Of a stretch of 64,000 bases of DNA, positions 23,531 through 35,425 are shown piece after piece. The notes under the pieces are model-generated. The model saw nothing but the letters and a program-made list of their open reading frames with translations, was not told the DNA's origin and ran no database searches. The translations under genes and the position numbers were made by a program. How positions within the stretch are numbered: position 1 is the stretch's first letter; the number at the start of each line of letters is the position of its first letter. This DNA is from Selaginella moellendorffii (Eukaryota > Plantae > Lycopodiophyta), in NCBI RefSeq assembly GCF_000143415.4, contig NW_003314412.1, positions 216,318-280,317 on the forward strand, in the 5' to 3' direction.

Positions 23531-23830
23531 TCATCTCAATATAATGTGTTTAGTTTTCTAATTTGATTTCTAGTAAAAGAAAAGGAACAAAGAGGAACAA
23601 AGGTGAATCTTTTCTTCCACAGTCCATGGCCGGCTTAACTCGAAAATTTTAGGGCGGCGAGCGCCACATGGAGAGCGTGTCGGCCGATTCCTTTCTCTCT
23701 CGCGCTATTTACAATTTAAAAGAACTGCAACGCCAAAGAGGAAGGAACAAAGAAGTTTGGTTGGCCGCGCGATCTAAAAGAAACAAGGTAGAGCGCGTAG
23801 CAATAGTTTCATTCGATCTCTTTTGGTCAG

Positions 23831-24694
23831 ATGGTGAATCCAGTGGCATATGCAAATTCTCGGGGAGCAATTGATAGAATGGATCTCCTCCACAACCGCA
23901 ATGAAAATTCGCTCTCCACCGACGCTGATTCCGCCAGCAGCAGCAACGGCGGCGGCGCCCCGAAGATCGCCAAGAAGATCGATCGTTTCTTGGACAGAAG
24001 CAAGAAATCTTTGGTGAGTTCCTTCAAGGATCTGGGCTACCTCCACCAAATCGACGAAGAAGAGGGCGATCGTCACCACGTCCCCTTTCAATCGATCACC
24101 AGAGGCAAAAACGGGGGCATGAAAGAATGCCTTGCGTGCCTGGGAATGGCCGCGGCCCTCACGGTCGTCATGGCTGGGATGTTTGGGATCATCCTGCTGC
24201 TCGCATTCCACCCAAAATCGCCCACCGTCTCGATCGATCGCGTCTCTAACGGCACACTCTTCCTCTTCGCCGAGTCCACCACCATCCTCGTCGCGCGACT
24301 CAACCTCACGCTCCTCGCCAAGAACCCAAACGCCAACGCAGAGATGAGATTCGAACCCTCGTCGCTGGGGCTTTGGTTTGGGGATCGAAACCTGGGCCGG
24401 TTCCAGGTGCGAGCGTTCACACAGCCGGCAAGGATGGGAAGTACGCCCTTTCTTGCGGTCATAGATTCTACCACCAATCTCACCGGGAGTGGAGTGGAGC
24501 AAAAGATAAGGGCGGAGTTTCGGCAACAAAATGCCACGTTTGGGCTCTTGGGGTATCTGCGCGTCCAGAGAAGGGTGGCAAGTGTGGTGCCTTCCAATGC
24601 AGTTGTAAATGTCAACTGTAGCATGAGTTTTAGTCCGAGTTTTCCACCAGTAATCCTTGCAAAAGTTTGCTTGGGCGGAGCAGCTGAGTGGTAA
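23831..24694 (+). CDS. NDR1/HIN1-like (LEA_2 domain) membrane protein
   Basis: Single TM helix followed by FHPKSPTVSID, LNLTLLAKNPNAN, FQVRAFTQP and VNVNC..C; intronless. Confidence 0.85.
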   Translation: MVNPVAYANSRGAIDRMDLLHNRNENSLSTDADSASSSNGGGAPKIAKKIDRFLDRSKKSLVSSFKDLGYLHQIDEEEGDRHHVPFQSITRGKNGGMKECLACLGMAAALTVVMAGMFGIILLLAFHPKSPTVSIDRVSNGTLFLFAESTTILVARLNLTLLAKNPNANAEMRFEPSSLGLWFGDRNLGRFQVRAFTQPARMGSTPFLAVIDSTTNLTGSGVEQKIRAEFRQQNATFGLLGYLRVQRRVASVVPSNAVVNVNCSMSFSPSFPPVILAKVCLGGAAEW

Positions 24695-25015
24695 AAGTGA
24701 AATTCCAATTTTGTTTTATGTTGTTTTAACAGTTTACCACTATTATACAGTCAAAGGTTATGGAAACATTGGCTGCTATTGCCTAAACGTTTAATTATGA
24801 AGAGAATGTTATAGAGTGAGCTTTTTCTAACGATGGAAAAATAGAGAAATGTAGTGATAATGATAATATATTTCATATAAATTACCAAGTGGTAATGGAT
24901 ATATCTAGTAGATTCTTGGATATTCAAGGATATTTTACCATCTAACAGTTGTTATTGATCATATATTTATAATTTTTAAATTTGTTTATGTGAGTGTTTA
25001 GGATATAGGAATAAG

Positions 25016-27291
25016 TATATTAATTAAGGTTTAAACCAGATTAAGTCCCAATTCATATGCTATAGTATTATAATTAGTGTATTACCTAGGCAAGGTAATA
25101 CATGTATATACATATATATTCTTACAAATTTTACACCATCCTTCCCTTTGGAAGATGAAAATGTGATGACAATAAATTAAGTAAAACATTTAGAGCTTCT
25201 GTTGAACGATTACAAACTACTGTAAGAATCTGAAACTCCCACAAAACTATTAACAAAATTGTTAATAACCATGACTAAAGAGTCCTAGCATAATCATCAG
25301 TCAACTTTGGAATCCTAATGAACCGATTGTAACTCTATATGCAATTGCCAAATGCTTAAATCAACATTGAAACCATAATTTTGAACCAAAGTAAAGGAGT
25401 TCAAGAGCCATTAAGGTCTATATAGCACCATTGTAGTAAATAATATATCCTATTTCCAAATTTGTCTGTTGATAATTTTTTAAGACCATTATTAACTCAA
25501 ATTCACAACCATAAATAAAACTTGCCTCTTCATCTTTATTTAGCATTGTATATAAGAAATCTAACTCACTCCATTTATTTTCTATATCCTCTTTACCCCT
25601 TCCTTGAAAGAATTTTTTTTTAAAGCACCAGGTTCATTTAAACTTGATGTGTTTATCCTTATTTTACCATCTATGTTTAGCTTCACTCCACTATTATATC
25701 CATTTGGCTTCACTACGTTAGGGCTAAATGTTTTGTTCATACTTATTATGTTTATCCTCACTTTACAATCCATATTATTTGTCCTCACTCCACTACTATA
25801 TTTTGCTTGTCCTTACTCCGGACTCTTGTCTATGCCTTCTACCCCCTCTTCTGAAGAAAAAAAAGTTTGAAATGTTGGGGCAAAAAAGAAAAAATGAGAA
25901 AAATTAAGGAAAAACAATTATAGAAGAAGAAACCGTGGATAAAGAAGCATCAAAAGAGGAATTTAGAGTAGCTGGCAATGCAGAAATGGGGAAATCAAAA
26001 GAAAAACATGTGCTCAAAGCTTGAATAATAGGGGACTTTCTATTATAAAATACTTCAATTACCACAATATAAGTAAAAGATTCACACCGTTCAACCTTCT
26101 TAACATATAACTTAACATTTGAGATGGGAAAATCAATAAAAATGTCTATACTCTCAAAGGAACATATAAACTCCTCAACAATAACGATAAAACAAAGGCT
26201 TTCAATGGCATTTACAATTAAAAATATATACTCAACCTAAAACTCTGGCCAAAGTGATTCAATCCGTGAAACAGATTAAAGACTTTACTAATAAAACAAA
26301 AGCAAGATTCTCAACTTCATGCATATATGCAACATTTAAATTCATATGAAGAGGACATAAAACACTTACTCAACACTGGATTGAGAATGAGAATTATAAA
26401 AATCACAAATAATTAATATACCAAGAGAAGAAAACATTGCAAATGAGGAAGAAATATTAGAAATATGATAAAGTGCCTCATATTAACAAATAAGAAAAGG
26501 TTAAGAAAAAGCATAAGGTAAAGAGAAAAGATTAAATGACAGATTGAAAGATTGACATCTACCCCATGAAATTTCCATTTCATTTCCAAAGTTATCTTTA
26601 TAATAATCAAGTTTGTTAAAATGATTTAGAATCTACTTGAGCTTATATATATATCATCTTCTCATAAACTCGATCCTTGAACATTTTCTAAGAACTGGAT
26701 TGTATCATCCATAGTTCACCAATCAATGTCACAATCATGCTCCATAACCATGTTCCACTCCATCATCAATCAAGGAATATGTCACTTGAAGCTACTAATG
26801 CTACTTTGTTAGATTGAACATTTAGTGCTGTGGGGTGTGCTTATATTGGTGCTATGCCCATCCTTGGTGTATCACTATTTCCAACTTCTACAAGACATGA
26901 TTACATAGCTTATCCTGTTCTTAGTGTTTTGCTATCTCTCGTAGAAGAAGAGAATATAATGAAGACTAGAAGAGAAAGTAAATCTAAACTCAACTATAGC
27001 TAGAGTTCTAGATCTTACAAAAAGCTAATATAAATCTAAATTTAAAAGAGAATGAAAAAATAAGAATAAAAAACATGATCCCAAACACTAAAGCAAAGCA
27101 CTACCAAAAAGCTTTGCCCTTCAAAGACAAATTGCAAAGCCCCTCAAATGTATTAATTAGGGTTTAAACCCTTGTTTATACACAAAAATGGATGGACTAG
27201 ATTAAATCTCAAATGGACAGTCTATCTGTTAAAGTATTATAGTTAATGTATTACCTAGGCAGTATACATATATAATCTTATAAACCTTACA
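25016..27291 (-). mobile_element. Degenerate LTR-retroelement remnant
   Basis: Diverged direct repeats 25016-25135 and 27149-27291 (tattaatta.ggtttaaacc..agtattata..tgtattacctaggca..tatacatatata.tctta.aaa..ttaca); minus-strand PPT AAAGGGAAGGATGG abuts TGTAA at 25135; no intact ORF or TSD found. Confidence 0.55.
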
Positions 27292-27786
27292 TTTGCATTA
27301 CTTATTAATAATTAGAAATCAAATTAGTGTATGTAAGAAAAATGTTCAAATGCAAAGTGTGTTGCTGAAGATGTAACAGCATTCCAGACAGTAAACTCTA
27401 ACTTCTGCTTGGTGTTTCATTTCATTTTATGTTTACAGATCTGCTCTTCTTTCAATAAAACTTTTAATTTTTGAGCTAGAATTTCTTAGTGCTAAGCATG
27501 ACTAACAAGACAAAGAAAATATAGAGAAAGAAAAAGAGGAGAAACAATATTTCCACTCTATACAATTATTATTAAACCTTTGTTACAAATGAATTAGTAA
27601 AATTTTCAGAGATTCTCTACAAACTAAACTAATCACAGATGATAAATTACAGTTAAGATATAAATTTACAAATAAATCAACAATATTATAAACATTTTTA
27701 AACATACTTAAAAACTAGAGATTTTATTCCTTGGGATTTAATTACAGGTGGGTTTCTTTTGAATCTAATCTGGAAAAACCAAAGAT

Positions 27787-28625
27787 TAACTGTCTGACCT
27801 CCATATAAAAACATGTTCCTGAGTGTTATAAACTGCAACAAATCCGTCATCATCTATACAAAATACACAAGGAAGCCATTTATTTGTCCATTAAATATTA
27901 TATGTCCATATCACGTTTCCATGCTCATCATATATTACTAGATTACAATTTTTTTGTATTATTTAAAGGTCAATCATCCCTTTTTTTTTGAGTTTTGGTG
28001 CCCCATACTTCTGCGGACCGTGGTAAATGACTAGTCTGCAATCATGGTGCATGTGTACGGTATAAAATATATTTAAAGATTGGAGAAAATTCCCAGAAGT
28101 AAGCTTAGAAAAACTTGTATATTTTGGACCTCCTCGAATACAGGTTTTGTATAAGTCACAATCGTATTCTAAAACCTCAACTCCTTTAATTTGATTAGAG
28201 AAATTTTATGAAATTATAAAGATTATCGGGAGGATCATTAATAACATAGGAGATCATATACCTCTCAACTGTATAACTAGCAAAACCATAAGTAACTTCA
28301 TCACGAAATACATATTTCTTCATTATTTCCATTAGTTCGATTGATATTGGTAGAGCACTATTTGAAAAAACCCAATTTGGAAAAATATTACACATATCAA
28401 TATAATACCATGGTTTATTCTCAGAATTTAAACACTCATTATCCTTCCATCTTCAAGTGGTATTAGACTGCCATATGAAAATCCTGCATAGTTTTATAAT
28501 TTCTTCCATTATAACTTCTTGCCTTAAAATTACAGTAACTGCATTTTCATATTCGTAAATCACTCTAATGCTAAAAGTTAAATTTATAAATAATAATGCG
28601 AAATTGAATATTCTAACATGCATGT
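27787..28625 (-). pseudogene. Full-length inverted, disrupted paralog of the lectin-fusion gene
   Basis: MHVRIFNFALLFINLTFSIRVIYEYENAVTVILRQEVIMEE, MCNIFPNWVF..RYMISYVINDP, YTVHMHHDCRLVIYHGP..; frameshifts and stops. Confidence 0.88.
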
Positions 28626-28849
28626 TTGAACTTTCTTTATAGTACAATAAACAACTTAGAAACAAAAATAATTTTCCTCCACATTAAATAGTAAGATTCG
28701 AAGATCCATCTGATATTTAAAAAATGAAGTCCCGTGGACTATTAAGAAAAAAAATGTAAAAATAAAAAAGGAGTAAAAAAGGAAAGTATTAAAACTTCGT
28801 CAAAATTGTACTTTGGTTTCACTAAAAACTTCAGGAACCAAAACTTGTG

Positions 28850-29170
28850 ATCAGGTTGGATGGATTATACAAATTCTTGGCAGGAGCTCACACACGTCCA
28901 TCTAGAACTTCAAAAACACCAGCAAGATGGAATTGTGAATCCCGAGTTTCTGGAGGAGATTTCACCAAGAAAACAGTCAAGTTTGACAGGGGTTCCCAGT
29001 TCAATGGAGCAGAGGAATGCTCTTCTCACCTCTGACCAAGACCTCTTTGAGAGTCAACTCAGACTGGTGAATTTTTAGGTCACCCCTGGCACGCTGGACT
29101 TTGGGCAGTCCAAGATGGGAAACATTAAGAGGTGTGTAATGTAGCAAACAGCGACTCATATTCACAGTAA
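28850..29170 (+). pseudogene. Peroxidase 3' half relic (paralog of 17995-18468)
   Basis: acaaattcttggcaggagctcacac, ctcacctctgaccaagacctctttgagagtcaa and aaacagcgactcatattcacagtaagtttgat shared with the first copy. Confidence 0.85.
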
Positions 29171-29209
29171 GTTTGATTGCTTGAAAACTAAAATTGTATT
29201 ATGAATTTA

Positions 29210-29388
29210 AATTGATTCAGAATCTTCTGGACTATTCTAGAATGTCATGGCTCTGTGAGCGATCTCTTGACCAATAGCAAGTCACAAATTTCTTCTTCGT
29301 CTTCCAAGTTCCATACAACAGCGCTGGACGGCTCGTTGCCACCAGCTGAAGATGCTGTTGCCATTGCCACCATAGAAATGCAAAGCCT
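29210..29388. pseudogene. sHSP promoter/5'UTR relic (+) joined to an inverted sHSP 5' coding fragment (-)
   Basis: agaatcttctgga..ttctagaa and caaatttcttcttcgtcttc match 18517-18660; gaagatgctgttgccattgccaccatagaaatgcaaagcc is the reverse complement of 18669-18708 with one mismatch. Confidence 0.85.
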
Positions 29389-29438
29389 ATCCTCTAGAAG
29401 ATCTTGTGTTTAAAATCTGTGTTCTGGATATATTTTGA

Positions 29439-29620
29439 CAGGGAGCCATGTCCTTGTAGAGCGGTGGCAAAAGACCCCAAAACATATTATGAACATATGA
29501 AGCCCGTGAATCCAAAATCCTGGAGAGTTTTCCTTGTCTCTATCTAGATCAAGCTTGACCAACAAATGAAAATGGAAATGGCAAAATTGGAACTTCGTCA
29601 AGCTTACAGTAAGTCATTTC
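29439..29620 (+). pseudogene. Ole e I copy C exon-2 fragment
   Basis: gaagcccgtgaatccaaaatcctggagagttttccttgtctc is identical to 19757-19798. Confidence 0.8.
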
Positions 29621-29649
29621 TGGATGTGTCCTCTATACTTTGAGTAGAT

Positions 29650-30227
29650 CCCCTACATGCCTACTGCACCGGCCTCCCATCTATACGATCATATGATCAT
29701 TCGAGAGGAAAAGTTCACATGTTTTCAAAATTGACACAAAGAGATGCTAACTTTGATTGTCGAATCCCGTTCTAACCATTAAGAATCATTTGAAAGTTTC
29801 AAAGTATTGAAAATTTCAAAGTGGCAGCAATGACAATTGTATCGGCACATGACACCACTCCAGGGCAGGCTTTCTCCAATCTTCTCTGTGGAATCCCGAG
29901 CTAAATTGTTGTTTGGAAGGGAGAACTTCTCGACGTTGGTACCATCTGTTGGAGTTCGATTATCGTAGATAGCGTTCTTGGATTTGTGATAAACTCACAA
30001 CGCCTTCTGAGAGAGACGTTAACGAAGGAGTCGTGAAAGTGCAAGCGTATCAGTCCCGTTGGATCGCGATTGGCATAATCACTGATCATGTCGCGGATGA
30101 TCCGCTCCGCATTGGGAGAAGTTTGTGCGTAGCTGTGTCCAAATCCAATTGGGTGTGACAAAGCTCCCTTGAAGCTGAGCGAGAGAAAAATGATCAAGAA
30201 TCAATTGCTCTAAAGTGTGGAAGCCAT
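29650..30227 (-). pseudogene. Peroxidase 5' half relic, inverted
   Basis: SFKGALSHPIGFGHSYAQTSPNAERIIRD..GLIRLHFHDSFVN, EKACPGVVSCAD. Confidence 0.88.
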
Positions 30228-30668
30228 GAAAGTAGCTCTATAGAAAGAATAACTTCACGGTCAACAAATCTTTGCTTGTTATGGGCAATATGACCTTTAT
30301 AATGTCCACACCGCCGTCGGTGTAGCTGCTAGCTGCCCATGTAGGGTCCGGGCATTGTTTCCGGGAGGGTCTTGCACTCCGACGCTCCAGAGCCTCTTAT
30401 ACGATGAAGACATGCATGATTTCGGGGCAGCTATCAGTTGGTGTGTTTTGGTATTCCCTGCTCTGTATCTTAGTAGTTTGTCGCGCCATGCAATTCGTCT
30501 GGATTGATCTCCTCCGTGTACAAGTGGTACTTGGTGTTGGTTTAAGTAGTGTGCATTGCATCCAGAATTTTTTAATATGAAGCAGGACTAAGTTTATAAG
30601 TCTATTGAAGTTATATTCATCATCATCATCATCATCATCCCGAGGGAGAGAACAACAGCTGGTATATA

Positions 30669-32538
30669 TCATAGAATGGGGTTGACCACTGCACTGGGCT
30701 GAGGTTGTGACGACGCACCCGATCGCATCCGTCCTCTCTCCGAGTGAGAGTTCTCTGCAAACTTGAGTGCTGTGAGGTGCATCCCTTTGGCCTTCTCCTC
30801 CTCGCTCCACTCGGCGAGATAGTACGCCTCCTCGGTGGCTCCAGGATCGCTCGACGCCCTGCAAAGCATCCCTCCCCACTGCGGGAAGTAGACACCCAGC
30901 AGCGCTAGCGAGCATCCCACGCTCATGGCGCCCATGAGACTAAACCCGGCCTCGAACGAGAAGGTCTCGTTGGTGAAGAAGATGAGCTGCGTCACCACTC
31001 CGCCCAGGTTGCCGCCACCCCCCGTGAGGCCCGCGAGAACTCCCAGCGATCGTCTCGACACGAACGGGACGATCCCAAACGTCGCACCGCACGCCGCCTG
31101 GAGGAAGATCGAGAAGAGGATGACGATGCCTATGGCAGTCCCGAGGGTGTTCATGAAGCCCAGCAGCACACACATGAGTCCCCCGACTGTCTGGAAGAGG
31201 AAGAGGATCCAGAGGCGGCCGCGCATGCCGTAGGAGCGCGCGATCACGTCCGAGAGGATGCCGCCCATGGGGCGGGAGATGAAGTTGGCGAGGCCGAAGA
31301 TGGAGGCGACGATGCCGGCGGTGCCAAGGTGGAGGCCGAACTCGTCGTAGAAGTACTCGGCGATGTTGTTAAAGACAGTGAGCTCCACGCCAAAGCTGTA
31401 GCCATAGACGAAGGCAAAGAGCCAGGTGCGATAGTTCTTGGCTGCGTTGCGAAGCACCTGTAGAAAAAGTAAGAAAATTAGTACAAGGAAGAGCAAAGTC
31501 AAGATGCCCAAGAGCAAAAGTAAAAAAAACGTGAAAGCATCTCTACATGATCGAATGCATTTTTCTACGCTACAAAACTTATCTAGAAACATTTTTTTTC
31601 CTAGATCAGAGCAGAGCAGTGACGCCCATGGACAGAGCTTTTCTCTGCTCTACAAAATCTCAAAGCCAAAACAGAGTTAGCGGCAAGCAAGAGTCGAGAT
31701 CCAGAGAGACTAGCTTACGTACCTTGCCAAAGCTGTCCTTGGTTTTGTGGCCCTGCTCCTTGAGATCGCGATAGTTCCCATCCGGCAGATCCTGGCCCAG
31801 GATCAGCACCGCCAGCCCCATGAACACATGCATGAGCCCCGGCACATAGAAGGCGATCCTCCAGGCCGTGAAATCGTTGGCTCCAAACTTGAGGATGAGC
31901 TGGTAGAGCAGCGGCATGAGGAGCTGCGTGACTCCGCCCCCAAAATCCCCCCAGCCTCCGGTGAATCCATTCGCCATGCCCACGATCTTGGTGTTGAACA
32001 TGGTGCTCATCCAGAACTGGCACGAGACGAAGGTGGCGAGCGAGAATCCGATGCAAAACCTCACGATGATGAATCCGGTGGGATCGGAGACGAGCGGCAT
32101 GCAGAAGACCGGCGGGGCGGTGATCATGATGAGGATGGCGCAGCCGTAGCGCGGGCCGACGAGATCGCACACCGGGCCCATGAGGAAGCGCGAGAGGATG
32201 GAGCCGGAGATGGAGGCGATGGAGGCGCGGCCGACGTCGAGCTTGGTGAGGTCGAGGTTGTCGCGGATCACCGGGATGAGCGGCGGCGCCGCGAAGGTGG
32301 AGGTGAAGCAAGTGAAGAAGGCGATCCACGAGAGGTGGAAGCTTCTCATGTGGGGCTGCGCGAAGGAGAAGAGATCGAGCTTCTTGGCCTTGTGCTCGGA
32401 ATCCACTGGGAGCCGGAAGTTGGGAGCCGGATTGCGATGCTGCTGCTGCGATGGAGATGGAGGCGGCGGCGAGAGATCGATGTCGACGAATCGCTGCGGC
32501 ATTTCGATGGCGCCGGAGGAATTCACTGGGGATGCCAT
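30669..32538 (-). CDS. NRT2: High-affinity nitrate transporter NRT2 (MFS, nitrate/nitrite porter); one intron ~31459-31721
   Basis: [99 protein letters not shown]. Confidence 0.97.
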
Positions 32539-33862
32539 GGACGACGATCTTGGCGACGATCGTGGATTTTTCGCGATCTTGAGGCGTAATTGCAAGATTT
32601 GACAGAGAATTGCGCGGCTTGCCTGTGCGGATGGATCGATCTCTCTACGCCGATTCTCTGGCGGTGGCTCCCGGCATTCGGGGAGCTTGGGACCCTCGGA
32701 AGAGAGGCAATGCTTCGCTCGCTCGCTCCCGAAAGAGGCGAGCTCTCGTTTCTTCCTTGCCTGTGATTCCTCTTCCCTCTTTAAAGAGCAAAACGAATCG
32801 CGCTACGTGGCGGCATCGCTGCCGTCCAGGTGGCAGCCCTCGCGAGCGTTGACATTGAGTCGGCGTGTGTACGGCCGACCTTGACTCTAACCCTTGTCGT
32901 GAGGCGCGATGTACGGGAAGGGGTACCCGCAAGTACACCAGCAAAAGAAATTTTCTTCCGCGATCCTCTCCAATGTTGGAGCTTCTTTGTAACTTCCAAG
33001 CTTTGGATTCTTTACATGAGGCCATGCCGGGTCCTCTAAAAATTTTTATTCAAGGTGGGGTGGCACAAAAGTGTGATATTTGAATTTTTCCTGTGCTTGG
33101 ATGAGAAATTCATCGTTGGGCTAGAATCTTGTCCTAGGCCCTACGGATAGTACAAACCACCAAAATTCTGAGATTTTATTTCCGGGGATCCGGATGCTTG
33201 AGAGATCTCCAAGAAAAACTTTCATACGCATGCTGTGTGAAGTCAAATGTGCAATCTGGCGAGGTCAAGTAGGTTGTGCGGTGGTTTTGTTTGCGCTTGT
33301 ATCCAAGGAATCAAGTTCGCAAGAACTTTAATGGGTTTCGCCATGACCTACACCATATAGACGTTTTTGTGGAATTAAAAACAAGGCTATGCTGCGAGAT
33401 CTGGAGGTCTCACCAGCAAAAGAAAGTTCCTTCCGCGTTCTCCTCCCAAACTATTCGCCTATATGCAAACAAACAGACAAATTGCAAGGTTGACCTTCTG
33501 GGTTACTCCATGGATATTCTGGATCAAGGATATTCACATAAAGGTACGAAGATGCTTCATTAATAAAGGTTTCTTAATCTGAATATTTTTGTCATTTATT
33601 TACGCCCTTATTAAAAACAATGTTTCATAATACGAGGGAAATGATCGTGAGGAAGCTTTTGGAAAGAAGAAATCTGTGTTTGGTACTACCTCTTTCTCAC
33701 CCAAAATGCGGCTCATGCCAAGAGCGTCCACGACAGGATATGAGGAAATCCAGCATTCCCTCGTGCATGACTCCGAAAGCCGTGAAGCAAGATTGAGGAA
33801 AAACTGGGAGGCTTTTTTTTCCTTCTTTTTTTTTTTTTCTCTCGATCCTTTCCTCTCTTTCG

Positions 33863-34755
33863 ATGGGAGGAGGGATCAAACCACTGCTGCTGCCGCTCCT
33901 GCTGCTGCTGCTACTGCTGTTGATTTGTTTGATCGCCACTCCAGCAGATGCTACGTGCGCACAAATGGAGAAGTACTATCTGCTATCTCACGCTTGCGAT
34001 TTCTACTTTGAGGGCTACTACAACTTTCCGCCCTCGCTGGAGCTGGCCGAGAACACGACATACCCTCTCACGGTGCTGGCCAGGTACGATCGAAGATCTT
34101 CGATAGATTCACATAGTTTTAGTTTTTCCCACTATCTTTTGACAATAGATGAATCCTTCTTTTCTTTAAGTTTTGGTGTTGGTGTTCTTGCGGTTCTTGC
34201 CTGTTTTGCCTGACTTATACATCCATGCCCATGCCATTCTTGACACGACTTTTCATTCACAGGGATGGCACGCCAATCTCGGGCATTAAAACCATCCACC
34301 AGTGCAAGATCTTCACTCCAAACCCGCTCTCCTACACGGGCCAGGAGCACGAATGCCCCGTCAACTTCACCATCGACAGCAAGAACCAGATCCAAACCGA
34401 CCGCTTCTCGCAACACGGCGCGCTCCTGGGGACGCTCCAGGCCAGCGTGATCATGATCTATCTCAGCAACATCGCCCTGGAGGATGGGACTCTGCTCACG
34501 CCCGGCGATGGCAACACCAAGTTCCTCGAGTCGAGGAGGTGCGTGGCGTTCATCCGGCTCCCCGATCTCGACGGGACCATCCGGGCCATGCGGGCGGTGA
34601 GCTCCGAGTTTGAGGTCTTCGGCACCAAAGTTGCCGAGGAGTTCCTCAAAACCATGAAAGAGGTGGAGGCCGCGCTGAAGAAAGCTCTCGGCCACGACAT
34701 GGATCCTCTTGGAGCAGCCGGCAGTGGGATTCCTTTCGGGATGTTCTTCCCATAG
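33863..34755 (+). CDS. Unrecognised secreted protein (2 exons, intron 34084-34262)
   Basis: Leu-rich signal peptide ending ADA; GT-AG intron joins LTVLAR/DGTPISG in frame; GC3-rich codon usage; no family recognised. Confidence 0.7.
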
Positions 34756-35425
34756 ATCATCAAATTCCCCGATCGATCGACTGCAACCCAACCAAAGCCA
34801 ACTTTTGGAGAATTTGGAAAACTTTTCGATCGCATTCGACCCGAAAAAAAATATTAATCACGCCCATCCAACTCGTCTTTCGACATCGTGGCGACCTTTC
34901 AATGCCAAAGAAATTTCAAATTTTCAAAACAATAAGGGCATATTCTCTCTAGGAGAGAATATCCTCGTGGTCGTTAGATAATTAATGCGGGGAATACTTT
35001 AATCGCGCCCTTGGACGACGACAGAATGGATTTTACTGGAAGCTCTTTTTTTCACGCTTTGGCATGGCGTGTTTGTTTGCAGTGTAAATGTAAAAACTTC
35101 GTTGTCCTTTCCTTCTCGCCCAACCGCGGTAAAAACCTGTCAGTAAAAAAAAAGAGAGGACCATTTGAAATGCATTGCCGCCTTCCAACTAAGTAGCTAT
35201 CTCCCAGCTTCCGAGGAGGTGTTCTAAAACCTCTGCTCGATAGAGTAGGGTTCTTCAATCTCGATCTTCCAGCCATCTTCCTTCCAGCAGTGGCGGCGCC
35301 TCGATCGAAACCACCGGTATGATGATAGAATAGAATCCATTCAGCATTGCTGATAGATAGATCGGGAGTCCTGCCATGGCGAAGCGCATCTGTTCTTGGA
35401 GGAGAAATAGCTCGAGCTAGATCCA

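Noticed and set aside
25582-26610. Small hydrophobic ORFs in the AT-rich region
   Set aside because: Compositionally expected in AT-rich decayed TE DNA; no domain recognised
31715-32602. Overlapping ORFs on both strands of NRT2, and similar ones over ALADIN, the kinase and the coiled-coil gene
   Set aside because: Shadow ORFs from high GC3 codon usage
33863-34755. Calling the NRT2-adjacent gene NAR2/NRT3
   Set aside because: Diagnostic NAR2 motifs and the C-terminal TM helix are not visible
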